A stretch of 32,000 bases of DNA from Capsulimonadales bacterium (GTDB lineage Bacteria; Armatimonadota; Armatimonadia; Armatimonadales; Armatimonadaceae). The position numbers were made by a program, and so were the translations under genes. Under the pieces are notes generated by a model. It saw only the letters and a list, made by a program, of their open reading frames with translations, had not been told where the DNA came from and did not search any database. Positions 15,065-24,028 of the stretch are shown here, piece by piece (the first letter of the stretch is position 1; each line of letters opens with the position of its first letter). The stretch lies in the NCBI GenBank assembly GCA_033762295.1, contig JANRLW010000115.1:1-32000 (forward strand). Reading direction: 5' to 3'.

Positions 15065-16126
15065 TTACACAAAGGCGACATAGCCACCGAACGGTAACCC
15101 CGAGACCACGGCTCCCCTGGGTTGGCCGGTGTTCCCGTCAAACCGCAGGATCGATCCGCCGCCCAGGGCGCTGACGATGTCGCCTGCCAGCACGCTTCCG
15201 TAGCGATCCGGCGTGGTAAAACTGCCGACATACAGGTCGCCATCCGGGCCGTAGGTTATGCCGACCGGGAACGGACAGGTGGCGAAGGTGCCGACCTCGC
15301 TTCCGCTGTCCAGGTCATAGCGCACGACTCGCCCGGTGAAGTGTTCGACGACCAGCAGGTCGCCGCTCGGATGAAAAGCCATCGTGAACGGGATTTTGAG
15401 ATCCCGGGCCGTATATTTCACCAACCGTCCCGTCTCCCCGTTGAGGCGCGAGATGAAGTCGGTTTCGTTCGTCAGCGGTGAATACTGGAGCGTTGAGGAG
15501 ACATAAAAGTCCCGATCCCGCGGGTTGACGATGATTCCGAACGGCGCATAAGCGGGGGCGAAGGTTCCGATGCGGTCCCCGGTACGGGCATCGTACCGCT
15601 CGATCGAATCCGTGCCCTTGCCCACATTGCCGTTCAGCGAGGGCGCATTGACGACATAAAGAAAGCCATCCGGGCCAATCACGCCGCTGTGCGGGGTGAT
15701 CAACCCCCGCGGTGGCGTCGGCAGGGAGCGCAGAAATGCCCCGGAGCCTTTGTCGTACATGAAGGCGGCATCGCCGCCCGGACTGAAGACGAAGACATTG
15801 TTATTGCTTCCGGCAACGATCCCTGCGGTCGAAATCCCCACACCTCGCGACACGGCGAAGGTGCCCTGATTCCGAAACGTTCCCGGATCGTACGATTCCA
15901 CAGTTCCGAAAAGAAAAGTGGAAACCAGCATTCGACTGGGCGGCGCGGGCACCCGGTACAGTGACCCACTGCGGCTCCCGCACCCGGTCAGCAGCGACCC
16001 GCCGAGACTCAGGGCGGCCGCCCCACCCAGTGTGTCTCTCAAAAAGGCGCGACGGGTGGTTCGGCGGGCATCTTCCGATGCCTGCCCCGTCATCGCATCT
16101 CCAACTTCGCGGAGAATCGAACTCAT
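15065..16126 (-). CDS. Tat-signal lipoprotein, NHL/SMP-30-like beta-propeller, family B copy 1 (paralog of 17096..18220)
   Basis: Twin-arginine motif plus lipobox (TRRAFLRDTLGGAAALSLGGSLLTGC). Repeated blade-like units (GPDGFLYVVNAPSLNG, DFYVSS, PSGDLLVVEH, GPDGDLYVGS). A strong RBS (AAAGGGGAGAAAAACAAA) precedes the ATG at 16126. Confidence 0.7.
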   Translation of the reverse strand: MSSILREVGDAMTGQASEDARRTTRRAFLRDTLGGAAALSLGGSLLTGCGSRSGSLYRVPAPPSRMLVSTFLFGTVESYDPGTFRNQGTFAVSRGVGISTAGIVAGSNNNVFVFSPGGDAAFMYDKGSGAFLRSLPTPPRGLITPHSGVIGPDGFLYVVNAPSLNGNVGKGTDSIERYDARTGDRIGTFAPAYAPFGIIVNPRDRDFYVSSTLQYSPLTNETDFISRLNGETGRLVKYTARDLKIPFTMAFHPSGDLLVVEHFTGRVVRYDLDSGSEVGTFATCPFPVGITYGPDGDLYVGSFTTPDRYGSVLAGDIVSALGGGSILRFDGNTGQPRGAVVSGLPFGGYVAFV

Positions 16127-16200
16127 TTTGTTTTTCTCCCCTTTGTATGCGCCCGTTGGCGTAAACCCATCCTGCGCACCATCATTATGCTTTTCCGTTC

Positions 16201-17073
16201 CTAAAGGAAGCGTCCCGCCGGAACGAAATCCGTCAGTTTGAAAACGTGGTAGCTTTTATCCGAATCCCAGGTGACCGTGCTTCGAGTCGGATAGTACCCC
16301 GGTTTCGGGTAGACGACCGGTTGCGACATCGGCAGAACGATCGTCCGTTCCTCCTTCAAGAACCCGTAGGTGGCCAGCATCCCGACACCGTTCAGATGCC
16401 CCTTGAAGTAAAAATAGTTCTGACCGAAACTATTCCATCGTGGCTGGACGTGCGCCGAGGAAGGGTCCTCGTAGGCGACCCCGACGCCCCCTTCCGCCAG
16501 TTCGATATTGCCGGGGATTCCGCTTCCGATCAGGTACCCGGCCGGAATCTCCTCGGAGTTCGTTACCGGAGCCGTCTCATCGCGCAGTCCTTCGGAGGCG
16601 GCTCCGGGGGGAGCGATACAGAACGCCGCCAGGATGTGAGGAATGTCGGCGATCCCGACCGGGCGACGGCCATTCGCCCAGTTCAGCAACACCATATACT
16701 TGAACGGGGTCGTGTTGGCCTCGGGGGGCAGCGGCAGATAGAACGTATCCTCGGTATCGAACTTCGGATACGGAAGGGTTTTCAGCGCACGATCCGGCAG
16801 TTCCCAGCCAAGTTCGGTCGGAATGCCGTTGTTCAGCGTGACGAACGTTCGTCCGAGATCGACGGCGATGTCGCCGACCGGCTGCAGATTGACCGCACTG
16901 ACAAAACGCCCGGTACGTCGAACCGACAGAGTAGGATCGTCCTTTCCGCCGCCGCATCCGGTCGCAAAAACGCCCGAGGCTCCGAGCGCCGCACTGCCAA
17001 CGCCATAACGGACGATCAGATCCAGCATTTCCCGCCGACTGTAGAAGCGGTTTTCGGTTGCTATTCGTTCCAT
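16201..17073 (-). CDS. Uncharacterised lipoprotein, family A copy 2
   Basis: I place the start at the ATG at 17073 (MERIATENRFYSRREMLDL...GVFATGC, an RR-containing signal plus lipobox), with GAAAGAGAG upstream and 22 nt after the upstream stop. The track start at 17232 would overlap the upstream gene. Paralogy blocks are listed under 14102..14995. Confidence 0.7.
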   Translation of the reverse strand: MERIATENRFYSRREMLDLIVRYGVGSAALGASGVFATGCGGGKDDPTLSVRRTGRFVSAVNLQPVGDIAVDLGRTFVTLNNGIPTELGWELPDRALKTLPYPKFDTEDTFYLPLPPEANTTPFKYMVLLNWANGRRPVGIADIPHILAAFCIAPPGAASEGLRDETAPVTNSEEIPAGYLIGSGIPGNIELAEGGVGVAYEDPSSAHVQPRWNSFGQNYFYFKGHLNGVGMLATYGFLKEERTIVLPMSQPVVYPKPGYYPTRSTVTWDSDKSYHVFKLTDFVPAGRFL

Positions 17074-17095
17074 AACTCTCTTTCTCGTTCCGTCC

Positions 17096-18220
17096 TCAGG
17101 CGAACGCCAGGTAGCCGGAGAAAACGAGTTTCTCTGCCAGCGCGCCGAAAGGTTTGCCGTTGGCGCCGTTGTAGCGCAGAATACGACCTTTGTTTTTCGC
17201 CGTGTCGAGATCGTTGTTGAAAAGCGCCTCAATGCCTTTCTGGTCCGTAAAACTGGTCATATAGGCGTTTCGATCCGGGCCGAACTGAATATCGATGCAG
17301 AAGTCGGCATTGGCAAAGGCATCGACGATCTTCCCGGTACGCAGATCGAACAGGGCGACACGGCTGTAAAAGTGCTCGATCACCATCAGGTAGCCGTCCG
17401 GGTGGAAGTTGACGTTGAACGGCACCTTGACATCCCGGGCGACATAACCCGTGAACCGTCCGGCGGAGTCGAACCGGGCGACATAGTCGGACCCGAGCGC
17501 GAACGGGAAGTAAGCAAGCGAGGCCGTTACATAAAGGTTACCGTCCGGCCCCCAGGAGATGCCGAACGGCGCGCGAAGTTCCGGCGTGTCATTCCCGTCG
17601 ATAAATCGGCGGATATGTTCGCCATCGGGGGTGTAGATCTCGACGGTGTCCGGGCCGATCCCGAGCTGGTTGTTGAGGGAAGGCGCATTCACGACGTACA
17701 GGTTGCCGTCGGGACCGACCGAGCCGCAGTGAGGCGTCTGGGTAATCGGCAGTTTCACCTCACGGGTAATCGCGCCGGTCACTCCGTCGCAGATGAAGAA
17801 ACGGTTGCTGCCGGGGCTGAAGGCGTACACCTGTCCCTGCGGACCGACGCGTACCCCGGCAATGGTCGTACCCCGGTCGACCTGGCGGAAAAACGTGCCG
17901 AGGGACGCCCCCGTCCGGGCGTCCAGCGCCTCGATCGTCCCCTCGATAAAGGTGGAGACGAGCACCCGGGTTCCCGCCGGCATCGCCCGTCCCTTGTCCA
18001 CCGACTTCGAGGAGCCGCATCCGGCCAGCAACGTTGCGCCCGACGCGCCGAGCGCCAGCGTGCTCGCCGCGGCCCCCTCCAGAAACTCCCGCCGGGTCCA
18101 CGCTCCCTCCGGACGGGCGACGCTCGCCGGTTGAGGCAGTCGCCCGGTCTGACGCCGGATCATCCAGGACCGCAGTATCGACAGATACCGCATCTTCTCC
18201 GCTTCGCTTATGCCCTTCAT
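17096..18220 (-). CDS. Tat-signal lipoprotein, NHL/SMP-30-like beta-propeller, family B copy 2
   Basis: TRREFLEGAAASTLALGASGATLLAGC. It is colinear with copy 1 (VLVSTFIEGTIE / MLVSTFLFGTVE, GPDGNLYVVNAPSLNN / GPDGFLYVVNAPSLNG, FHPDGYLMVIEHF / FHPSGDLLVVEHF, C-terminal GYLAFA / GYVAFV). The exact start is uncertain (three in-frame Met in the first 20 codons). Confidence 0.7.
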   Translation of the reverse strand: MKGISEAEKMRYLSILRSWMIRRQTGRLPQPASVARPEGAWTRREFLEGAAASTLALGASGATLLAGCGSSKSVDKGRAMPAGTRVLVSTFIEGTIEALDARTGASLGTFFRQVDRGTTIAGVRVGPQGQVYAFSPGSNRFFICDGVTGAITREVKLPITQTPHCGSVGPDGNLYVVNAPSLNNQLGIGPDTVEIYTPDGEHIRRFIDGNDTPELRAPFGISWGPDGNLYVTASLAYFPFALGSDYVARFDSAGRFTGYVARDVKVPFNVNFHPDGYLMVIEHFYSRVALFDLRTGKIVDAFANADFCIDIQFGPDRNAYMTSFTDQKGIEALFNNDLDTAKNKGRILRYNGANGKPFGALAEKLVFSGYLAFA

Positions 18221-18238
18221 GACTTTGACCTTGCGCTC

Positions 18239-19525
18239 CTAGAACCGGGTATTCAGACCCAGCACATAATCGTAGAGGGAAACCGAAAGATTCCGCGCCT
18301 CCAGGATGACCGACTTGCCGTAGACTTCGAACCGCTTGTCCCGGCCGAGGGTCTTGCTCACATAGGCGACCAGTCCGGCCGGAGCCGCGAAGTTCTTCTC
18401 GGCGATCGGATACGACAAGTAGACAACATACTTCAGGTCGCGCGTCAGCATCACGTAGTCCGTCGCAATCGACAACGATCGGAAGTCGCGCGGAATCCCG
18501 TAGTCCAGCGTAAAGAATCGTCCCTGATCCACGATCCCGTCGAGACCGACGCGCCAGACCGGCATCGGCTTCATCGGGTTCGTCGGTTTCAAACGGTACC
18601 AGAGGACGGTTCGAAAGTTGTTCCGCTCGTTGTTATCCCGGTACTTGAAATGGCGATAGGTGAAGTTCAGATCATATTTCTGTGCCAGCGGATATTCGAT
18701 GGCGGTGTAGTAGTCATTGAACGTGATTCGCCGCTGAAGCTGAAAGAACGTCTCGGGCGCGAGGAACTGGTTGATCTGATTCTGGTAGAACGAGTCATGC
18801 CGACCGGTACCGAACGTAAACTTTTCGCGGCCGGGCTTGGGAATGTACGAGTAGCGGAAGTCGTAGAGCAGACGATCCGGAACGCTGTCATACGTCTGCC
18901 AGGAGACCCACGCCGACCCTTCATGCTCCATGTTCTTGCCCCAGAACGGCTGAAACTCGACGTTATAGGTCTGTTTGTTCAGGGCGAAGTTGTCCTCTGC
19001 GGTCGGGATCGTCGGGACTTTGGACAGAGGATTGCGCCGGTTGTTCGGATTGTTGTTGTTCTTGTAGTACCCGTTGCCGACGGTAACCGTCACCTTGCCC
19101 AGCGGGGTACGAATCACGGGACCGCCGCCATAGGCGAAGAGCTGAACGTCCTTGGAGTCGTAGTAGGAGTGGGCCAGCGAGGTGAACCCGATCTTCTGCT
19201 GGTTAAGGGCATCGCGCAGACCGCGTTGAGCCACCTCGTTATTCGGGTCCTGCATCAGGATCAACCGGTAGAGCGGCTCCGCGCGCCAGGGCCGTTCCAA
19301 CGTCAGCAGGAAGTCGGCAAAGCCAAGCAGCACGGGCAGTGGCGGCGGCCCTCCCGCCTGCGGACCGGGCGCACCGGGGCCGGGCGCGCCGGCGGGCGCA
19401 TTGGCGGGAGTGCTGGGAGGTACGGTTCCGCTATCCTGCGCCCGGCCAACGGACGGTAACAGCGCGACGCTCGCCAGCGCGGCGCAGGCCCGCCAGGTCC
19501 CTATCATCTTTTCGTTTTGTCGCAT
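18239..19525 (-). CDS. Putative outer-membrane beta-barrel protein with signal peptide, Pro-rich linker and a short TPR-like N-terminal segment
   Basis: Signal peptide (MIGTWRACAALASVALLPSVGRAQD), a PAGAPGPGAPGPQAGGPPP linker, Y/F/N/R-rich sequence suggestive of amphipathic beta-strands, and a C-terminal aromatic residue (...YVLGLNTRF), which is typical of OM barrels. It sits 18 nt upstream of the next gene. Confidence 0.6.
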   Translation of the reverse strand: MRQNEKMIGTWRACAALASVALLPSVGRAQDSGTVPPSTPANAPAGAPGPGAPGPQAGGPPPLPVLLGFADFLLTLERPWRAEPLYRLILMQDPNNEVAQRGLRDALNQQKIGFTSLAHSYYDSKDVQLFAYGGGPVIRTPLGKVTVTVGNGYYKNNNNPNNRRNPLSKVPTIPTAEDNFALNKQTYNVEFQPFWGKNMEHEGSAWVSWQTYDSVPDRLLYDFRYSYIPKPGREKFTFGTGRHDSFYQNQINQFLAPETFFQLQRRITFNDYYTAIEYPLAQKYDLNFTYRHFKYRDNNERNNFRTVLWYRLKPTNPMKPMPVWRVGLDGIVDQGRFFTLDYGIPRDFRSLSIATDYVMLTRDLKYVVYLSYPIAEKNFAAPAGLVAYVSKTLGRDKRFEVYGKSVILEARNLSVSLYDYVLGLNTRF

Positions 19526-19560
19526 GTCCTCTGTTTTCCTGGCGGCCTTGCGGCCCCGGT

Positions 19561-19583
19561 CTCCGGGCGGGATCCGCCCGGAG
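19561..19583 (-). other. GC-rich stem-loop between the enzyme cluster and the envelope operon
   Basis: Perfect 10-bp stem ctccgggcgg / ccgcccggag with a 3-nt loop (gat), 44 nt downstream of the stop at 19627. There is no U-tract. Confidence 0.4.
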
Positions 19584-19626
19584 TACGCTCGATGGAATCG
19601 GTCGGTCGTGTCCGGTCGGAGGGTCC

Positions 19627-20019
19627 TCAGGCCAGCGAACCGTCGGGATACTGCACCATCCCGGCGAAATGGATCGCGATCTTGCCGTCCCGCAGGACCC
19701 AGCTGTCGGCGAAACGCATCTGGGACTCGGTTCCGCCCGCTGTCATCGTAATCTGCTCGGTGATCATCAGGGTCTCCGGGTCCTCGGTCTCGCCCCAGAA
19801 GACGATCTCGGTTTCCAGTCCCTCGATCCCCAGGATGCCCTGCATATGCTCTTTCAGGCCCTCGCGGCCCTTGTAGATGACCGGCTTTTTCAGGAAGCTG
19901 CTGATCAGGAGGGCGTCGTCCGTGTACTGATCGAGCAGGGCGTCGATATTCTTATCGAGGATGAACTGAATGTGCTCGCGATACATGCGACCCAGTTTGG
20001 TGTCCGGAACGTTCTGCAT
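19627..20019 (-). CDS. NTF2-superfamily (SnoaL-like) small protein
   Basis: I place the start at the ATG at 20019 (MQNVPDTKLGRMYREHIQFILDKNIDALLDQYTDDALL...), 2 nt after the GMC stop and with GGGAGA upstream. The 194-aa upstream extension in the track is Arg/Gly/Pro-rich and overlaps the GMC gene. The size (130 aa) and the alpha-then-beta pattern fit NTF2-like proteins. Confidence 0.6.
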   Translation of the reverse strand: MQNVPDTKLGRMYREHIQFILDKNIDALLDQYTDDALLISSFLKKPVIYKGREGLKEHMQGILGIEGLETEIVFWGETEDPETLMITEQITMTAGGTESQMRFADSWVLRDGKIAIHFAGMVQYPDGSLA

Positions 20020-20021
20020 GG

Positions 20022-21545
20022 TTATTCTCCCAGAATGAGTGACGCGGCCTTCGCGCCGACCAGGGCGCTGGGCACGTTGGTATTGCCGCCGGAGACGGTC
20101 GGCATCACGGAGGCATCCGCGACGCGCAGTCCTTCGACGCCGTAGACCTTCAGGCTCGGATCGACGACCGCCAGATCGTCCTTTCCGATTTTGCAGGTTC
20201 CGGCCGGATGCCAGATGGTGGTCGCCGCCGCGCGGACGAACCCTTCCAGGTCCGTGTCGGGGCCGGGCACCATCTCGCCTTTGCCGAAGGTCGAGAACGA
20301 TTTCGTTCCCGCCAGTTCGCGCGCCAGTTTCACCGCCTCGACCAGCACCTGCACGTCCTCCGGAGCGGACAGGTAGTTGGGATCGACCACCGGGTTGGCG
20401 TCGGGATCGGCGGAAGCCAGTGTCACGGTCCCCCGGCTCGCCGGACGAACCAGGATCGGAAGGAAGATACAGACCGGAGCCGGGAACTGCAGGACCGGCG
20501 CGAGCGGCAGCGGAACCGTCGGGCTGAAAATCATCTGCAGATCGGGCGTCCTGTCGTTCTCCGGGCGCGGCAGAGTCCGGCGGAACAGGATATTTCCACA
20601 CAGCGTCAGCGTGTGGTCCATCGGCTGCTGCGTGAACCAGACGACCGGCAACTGCAGATGGTCCTGCAGATTTTGACCGACGCCGGGCAGGTCGACCAGG
20701 ACGTCGATGCCGTGCTTTTGCAGTTCGGCGGCGGGGCCGATCCCGGAGCGCATCAACAGCGCGGGCGAGAAGAACGCGCCGGCGCTGACGATGACCTCTT
20801 TCGCCGCGCGGGCGACCTTCGTTTCGCCGTTCTGCCGGTATTCGACACCGACCGCGCGTTTGCCCTCGAATACGATCTTCGTCACCGGAGAGTCGGTTTG
20901 GATGGTCAGCTGGGCGCGATCCCGGATCGGGTCGAGGAAGACGGTCACGGAACTGCCGCGCCGCCGATCCTTATTAATGGAAAACTGCAGCGGCCCGACC
21001 TTTCCGGCGGCGATCTCGCCGTTGTAGTCGGCGTGCGGTCCTTCGTAGCCGAGTTCGACCGCAGCGTTCAGGAACGGTTCGCAGGTCGCGTTCGGGTCGA
21101 ACCCGGTGATGACATTGAATTCCCCGGAGCCGCCGCGCTGATCGTTGCCCCCCTGATCGAACGTCTCGATCGACTTCAGAAGCGGCAGGATGCGGTCGTA
21201 GCCCCAGCCGTCCGCGCCGAGCGATTCCCAGAGATCGTAATCCGCCCGGCTGCCGCGGACGTACATCATGGCGTGGATGGACGTGCTTCCGCCGAGGACA
21301 CGCCCCTGATTGATGGTCAGGCTGCGTCCGCCGAGACCCTTCTGTTCGGTCGTTTGTATCTTCCAGTCGAGCGGGCCGTTCCATTCGCGGGTGAACCCGG
21401 TGACTTCATGGATGTTTTCGTTATCGTCCTTCGGGCCGGCTTCGATCACCAGCACCCGGGTGTTCGGGTCCTTGCTCAACCGGTTGGCGACGACCGCGCC
21501 GGAACTCCCGGAACCGACGACGATGTAATCGTATTCTGCGCTCAC
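20022..21545 (-). CDS. GMC family FAD-dependent oxidoreductase (choline-dehydrogenase-like)
   Basis: N-terminal YDYIVVGSGSSGAVVANRLSKDPNTRVLVIEAGP. GMC signature regions are GRVLGGSTSIHAMMYVRG and C-terminal HPAGTCKIG...VVDPSLKVYGVEGLRVADASVMP. The GTG start overlaps the upstream stop (GTGA). Confidence 0.85.
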   Translation of the reverse strand: MSAEYDYIVVGSGSSGAVVANRLSKDPNTRVLVIEAGPKDDNENIHEVTGFTREWNGPLDWKIQTTEQKGLGGRSLTINQGRVLGGSTSIHAMMYVRGSRADYDLWESLGADGWGYDRILPLLKSIETFDQGGNDQRGGSGEFNVITGFDPNATCEPFLNAAVELGYEGPHADYNGEIAAGKVGPLQFSINKDRRRGSSVTVFLDPIRDRAQLTIQTDSPVTKIVFEGKRAVGVEYRQNGETKVARAAKEVIVSAGAFFSPALLMRSGIGPAAELQKHGIDVLVDLPGVGQNLQDHLQLPVVWFTQQPMDHTLTLCGNILFRRTLPRPENDRTPDLQMIFSPTVPLPLAPVLQFPAPVCIFLPILVRPASRGTVTLASADPDANPVVDPNYLSAPEDVQVLVEAVKLARELAGTKSFSTFGKGEMVPGPDTDLEGFVRAAATTIWHPAGTCKIGKDDLAVVDPSLKVYGVEGLRVADASVMPTVSGGNTNVPSALVGAKAASLILGE

Positions 21546-22366
21546 GCGGCACCTCCCGTGCGTTTCACGAAGGTGTCGATCGCCGTGGCCATCTCGTCCG
21601 CGACCTCGAACGCCGGGAAGTGGCTCTTCGCTTCCGGCAGGAAAGCGATCTCATACCAGGGGTTCGCCTGACCGAACTGCTCCTGCGCGGCTTTATAACC
21701 GGGGTCCTTCGGTTGAGCGTAGACATGGAGCGTGGGCGCGAGCGGGTTCAGTTTCGAGAGGGCTTCGAGCGCGCTGCCGTTATCCCGGAGACAGCTGCCG
21801 ATGACCCGCCCGGAGCGGTTCCAGATATCCGCGCCGTAGCCGCCCATCTCCTCTTTCACGAAACGGTTTACCGCTTCGTTGTCGCTGTCCTCCAGCCAGA
21901 TGTTGAAAAGGATATCGCGCGCCCCTTCCCAGGCGTTCGGATCGGCCAACCCGTCGACCAGCCCCATGTACTCGGGCGGCGGCGGCACGACGATCCAGTC
22001 GGTGTGGACGATGGCCGGAACCTTTTCCGGCCCGTAGTGCCGTCGAAGCAGAATGCCGATCCAGCCGGAGTGCGACATGGTGACCGGGATGAACCGATCG
22101 ACGTTCTCAGCCCGGAGCACGGCGACGACGTCCTCATAAAGCCCTTCCGCGCCATGATCCGGCACGTCGCGCTGCGAGTCGCCGTGTCCGCGGAAGGTCA
22201 GGGAGAGAACGCGGTAACCTTTCGCCGCCAGCGTCTCCGGCAGGTCGGCCCAGCCGTTGCGGCTCATGCACCAGGCGGTGGTCAGCACCAGGGTCGGCGC
22301 GGTCGAGTCCGCCGGTCCTAGGGCGACGTAATCAATGCCAATGCCATCGGAGGTCGTGGTTTTCAT
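21542..22366 (-). CDS. Alpha/beta-hydrolase fold protein
   Basis: 274 aa. GYRVLSLTFRGHGDS and the nucleophile-elbow-like FIPVTMSHSGWIG. It lies 4 nt after the upstream stop. Confidence 0.65.
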   Translation of the reverse strand: MKTTTSDGIGIDYVALGPADSTAPTLVLTTAWCMSRNGWADLPETLAAKGYRVLSLTFRGHGDSQRDVPDHGAEGLYEDVVAVLRAENVDRFIPVTMSHSGWIGILLRRHYGPEKVPAIVHTDWIVVPPPPEYMGLVDGLADPNAWEGARDILFNIWLEDSDNEAVNRFVKEEMGGYGADIWNRSGRVIGSCLRDNGSALEALSKLNPLAPTLHVYAQPKDPGYKAAQEQFGQANPWYEIAFLPEAKSHFPAFEVADEMATAIDTFVKRTGGAA

Positions 22367-22370
22367 GGGA

Positions 22371-23954
22371 TTACTTCTCGTTGAGGATCATCTGGGCGAC
22401 AATATTTCCGGACGCGCCCGCCAGTCCGAGACCGGGGTGCGTCGCCGCGCCGATCTGATACAACCCGGCGATCGGCGTCCGGTGTCCGTTCTGGCCCGGC
22501 AAGGGGCGCAGGGTATAGCTCTGCGAGATCGCGTGCGATCCGCTGAACGGGTCTCCCTGGTTCCAGTTGAGGTTCCGGTTCTGAATATCGAGCGGTGAGA
22601 GCGTGAACTGCCCGATAATGCTCTGCTTCAGGTTCGGAATACGCGAGGCGACCGTGTCGATCACCCGATCCGTGTAGTACTTTTTGAGATCATCGGTCCA
22701 GGTTCCGTCGCCGACGTTGACCTCGCCACGGGCGTCCGCTTTGACATGGAACGGGCAGTCCAGTTGCTGGAGGCAGAGGATCGCCTTGCCCTCGGGCGCA
22801 CGACTCGGATCGAGCAGGGTCGGGACGCCGACGCCGACGACCGGATCGGACGGCAACAGATGCGAACTCGTTTCCAGGTAGTTCTTCGCCACACCGTCCA
22901 GACCGGCGCAGACGTGGGTGTAGGTCGCCTGGTTCAGTCGTTCGTCGTGCCACTTCGGCGGTTCGGACAGCGCAAGGTGGACGAAGAAGACGGCGTGTCC
23001 GTAGCGGTAGCCCTTCGCCTCCTGCACCAGGTGGTCGGCGATGCCGGGGACATCGGCCAGCAACTTGAGATAGAGCTGGTCGGGATTCACGGTGGCGATG
23101 ACCGCCTTCGTCGCGCGGATCTCCTCGCCGTCCTCGGTAACGACGCCGACCGCCTTGCCGTCCTCCACCAGAATCTTTTTCGCGGTGGTATTGGGGAGGA
23201 TGACGCCGCCCTGGTCCCGGATCAGACGGGCAAGCGCGACCGCCTGCATCTCCGCGCCGCCGACGCCGACCGGGAGACCGGCCATCTGCAGACCGAGGCC
23301 GAAGATTTTGGTCCAGAATCCGGAGTTGACATCCTCCGGTCCGTGCCCGCTGTGCAGCACCCAGGGCGCGAGAAACGCCTTCCAGACATCGCCTTTAAGG
23401 TTGGCGTCCAGCATCTCACGCGCGGAGAGCAGGAACTCCTTGGCGAACGAGGTCGGCAGGCCGTTCGGGCCGACCATCAGTTCGTCCATGACCTGTTTCG
23501 CGCGCGGCGACGTCAGATCGGAGGCAAGCAGTTCGAAGACCTGCGGGGCGACCGAGCCGATGCCGCCGAGGATCGCGCCCCAGCCGGCGGAATCGCCGGG
23601 ACAGAGCCGTTCGACTTCGGCCATATTGGCCGCGCCGTCGGTGGTGATGACGGTCGCGCGTCCGTCGGGCAGGGAGACCCCCGCCGGGGTGGTGCTGTTC
23701 GCCATCGTCAGCCCGCGCTCCGTCAGTTCCTTGTTGAACCGCGCATACGCCTGCGACAGGGCGAACAGGATCAGGAACCCGGCGTAGACATCGTGCTTGA
23801 AGCCGGGGAGCGTCAGTTCGTCGGTGCGCAGTCCGCCGCCGGGCCGATCGTTACGGTCCAGAATCGCGACACGGTAACCGGCGTTGGTCAGGTACGCGGC
23901 GCACACGAGCGCATTCGGCCCGCACCCGATAATCGTGATGTCATAGGTCTGCAT
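22371..23954 (-). CDS. NAD(P)/FAD-dependent oxidoreductase, phytoene-desaturase (CrtI)/amine-oxidase-like family
   Basis: YDITIIGCGPNALVCAAYLTNAGYRVAILDRNDRPGGG dinucleotide-binding motif. The C-terminal GLYQIGAATHPGLGLAGASG is typical of this family. Confidence 0.8.
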   Translation of the reverse strand: MQTYDITIIGCGPNALVCAAYLTNAGYRVAILDRNDRPGGGLRTDELTLPGFKHDVYAGFLILFALSQAYARFNKELTERGLTMANSTTPAGVSLPDGRATVITTDGAANMAEVERLCPGDSAGWGAILGGIGSVAPQVFELLASDLTSPRAKQVMDELMVGPNGLPTSFAKEFLLSAREMLDANLKGDVWKAFLAPWVLHSGHGPEDVNSGFWTKIFGLGLQMAGLPVGVGGAEMQAVALARLIRDQGGVILPNTTAKKILVEDGKAVGVVTEDGEEIRATKAVIATVNPDQLYLKLLADVPGIADHLVQEAKGYRYGHAVFFVHLALSEPPKWHDERLNQATYTHVCAGLDGVAKNYLETSSHLLPSDPVVGVGVPTLLDPSRAPEGKAILCLQQLDCPFHVKADARGEVNVGDGTWTDDLKKYYTDRVIDTVASRIPNLKQSIIGQFTLSPLDIQNRNLNWNQGDPFSGSHAISQSYTLRPLPGQNGHRTPIAGLYQIGAATHPGLGLAGASGNIVAQMILNEK

Positions 23955-23980
23955 GATCGTCTTAATTTCCCTTGATGGTT

Positions 23981-24007
23981 CCCCCCTCTCCCGTTCGGAG
24001 AGGGGGG
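23981..24007 (-). other. GC-rich stem-loop (C/T-rich arm family) between genes
   Basis: Perfect 11-bp stem cccccctctcc (23981-23991) / ggagagggggg (23997-24007) with loop cgttc. There is no U-tract on the minus strand. Confidence 0.45.
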
Positions 24008-24028
24008 TTGGGGTGAGATCGTGGCTCT

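Noticed and set aside
17074-17232. Upstream extension of lipoprotein A2 (track start 17232)
   Set aside because: It overlaps the preceding propeller gene. The Met at 17073 is followed directly by a signal peptide and lipobox and has its own RBS.
20020-20601. 194-aa upstream extension of the SnoaL-like ORF (track 19627..20601)
   Set aside because: It lies entirely inside the GMC oxidoreductase gene in another frame and is low-complexity and Arg/Gly/Pro-rich. The NTF2-like domain starts at the ATG at 20019.
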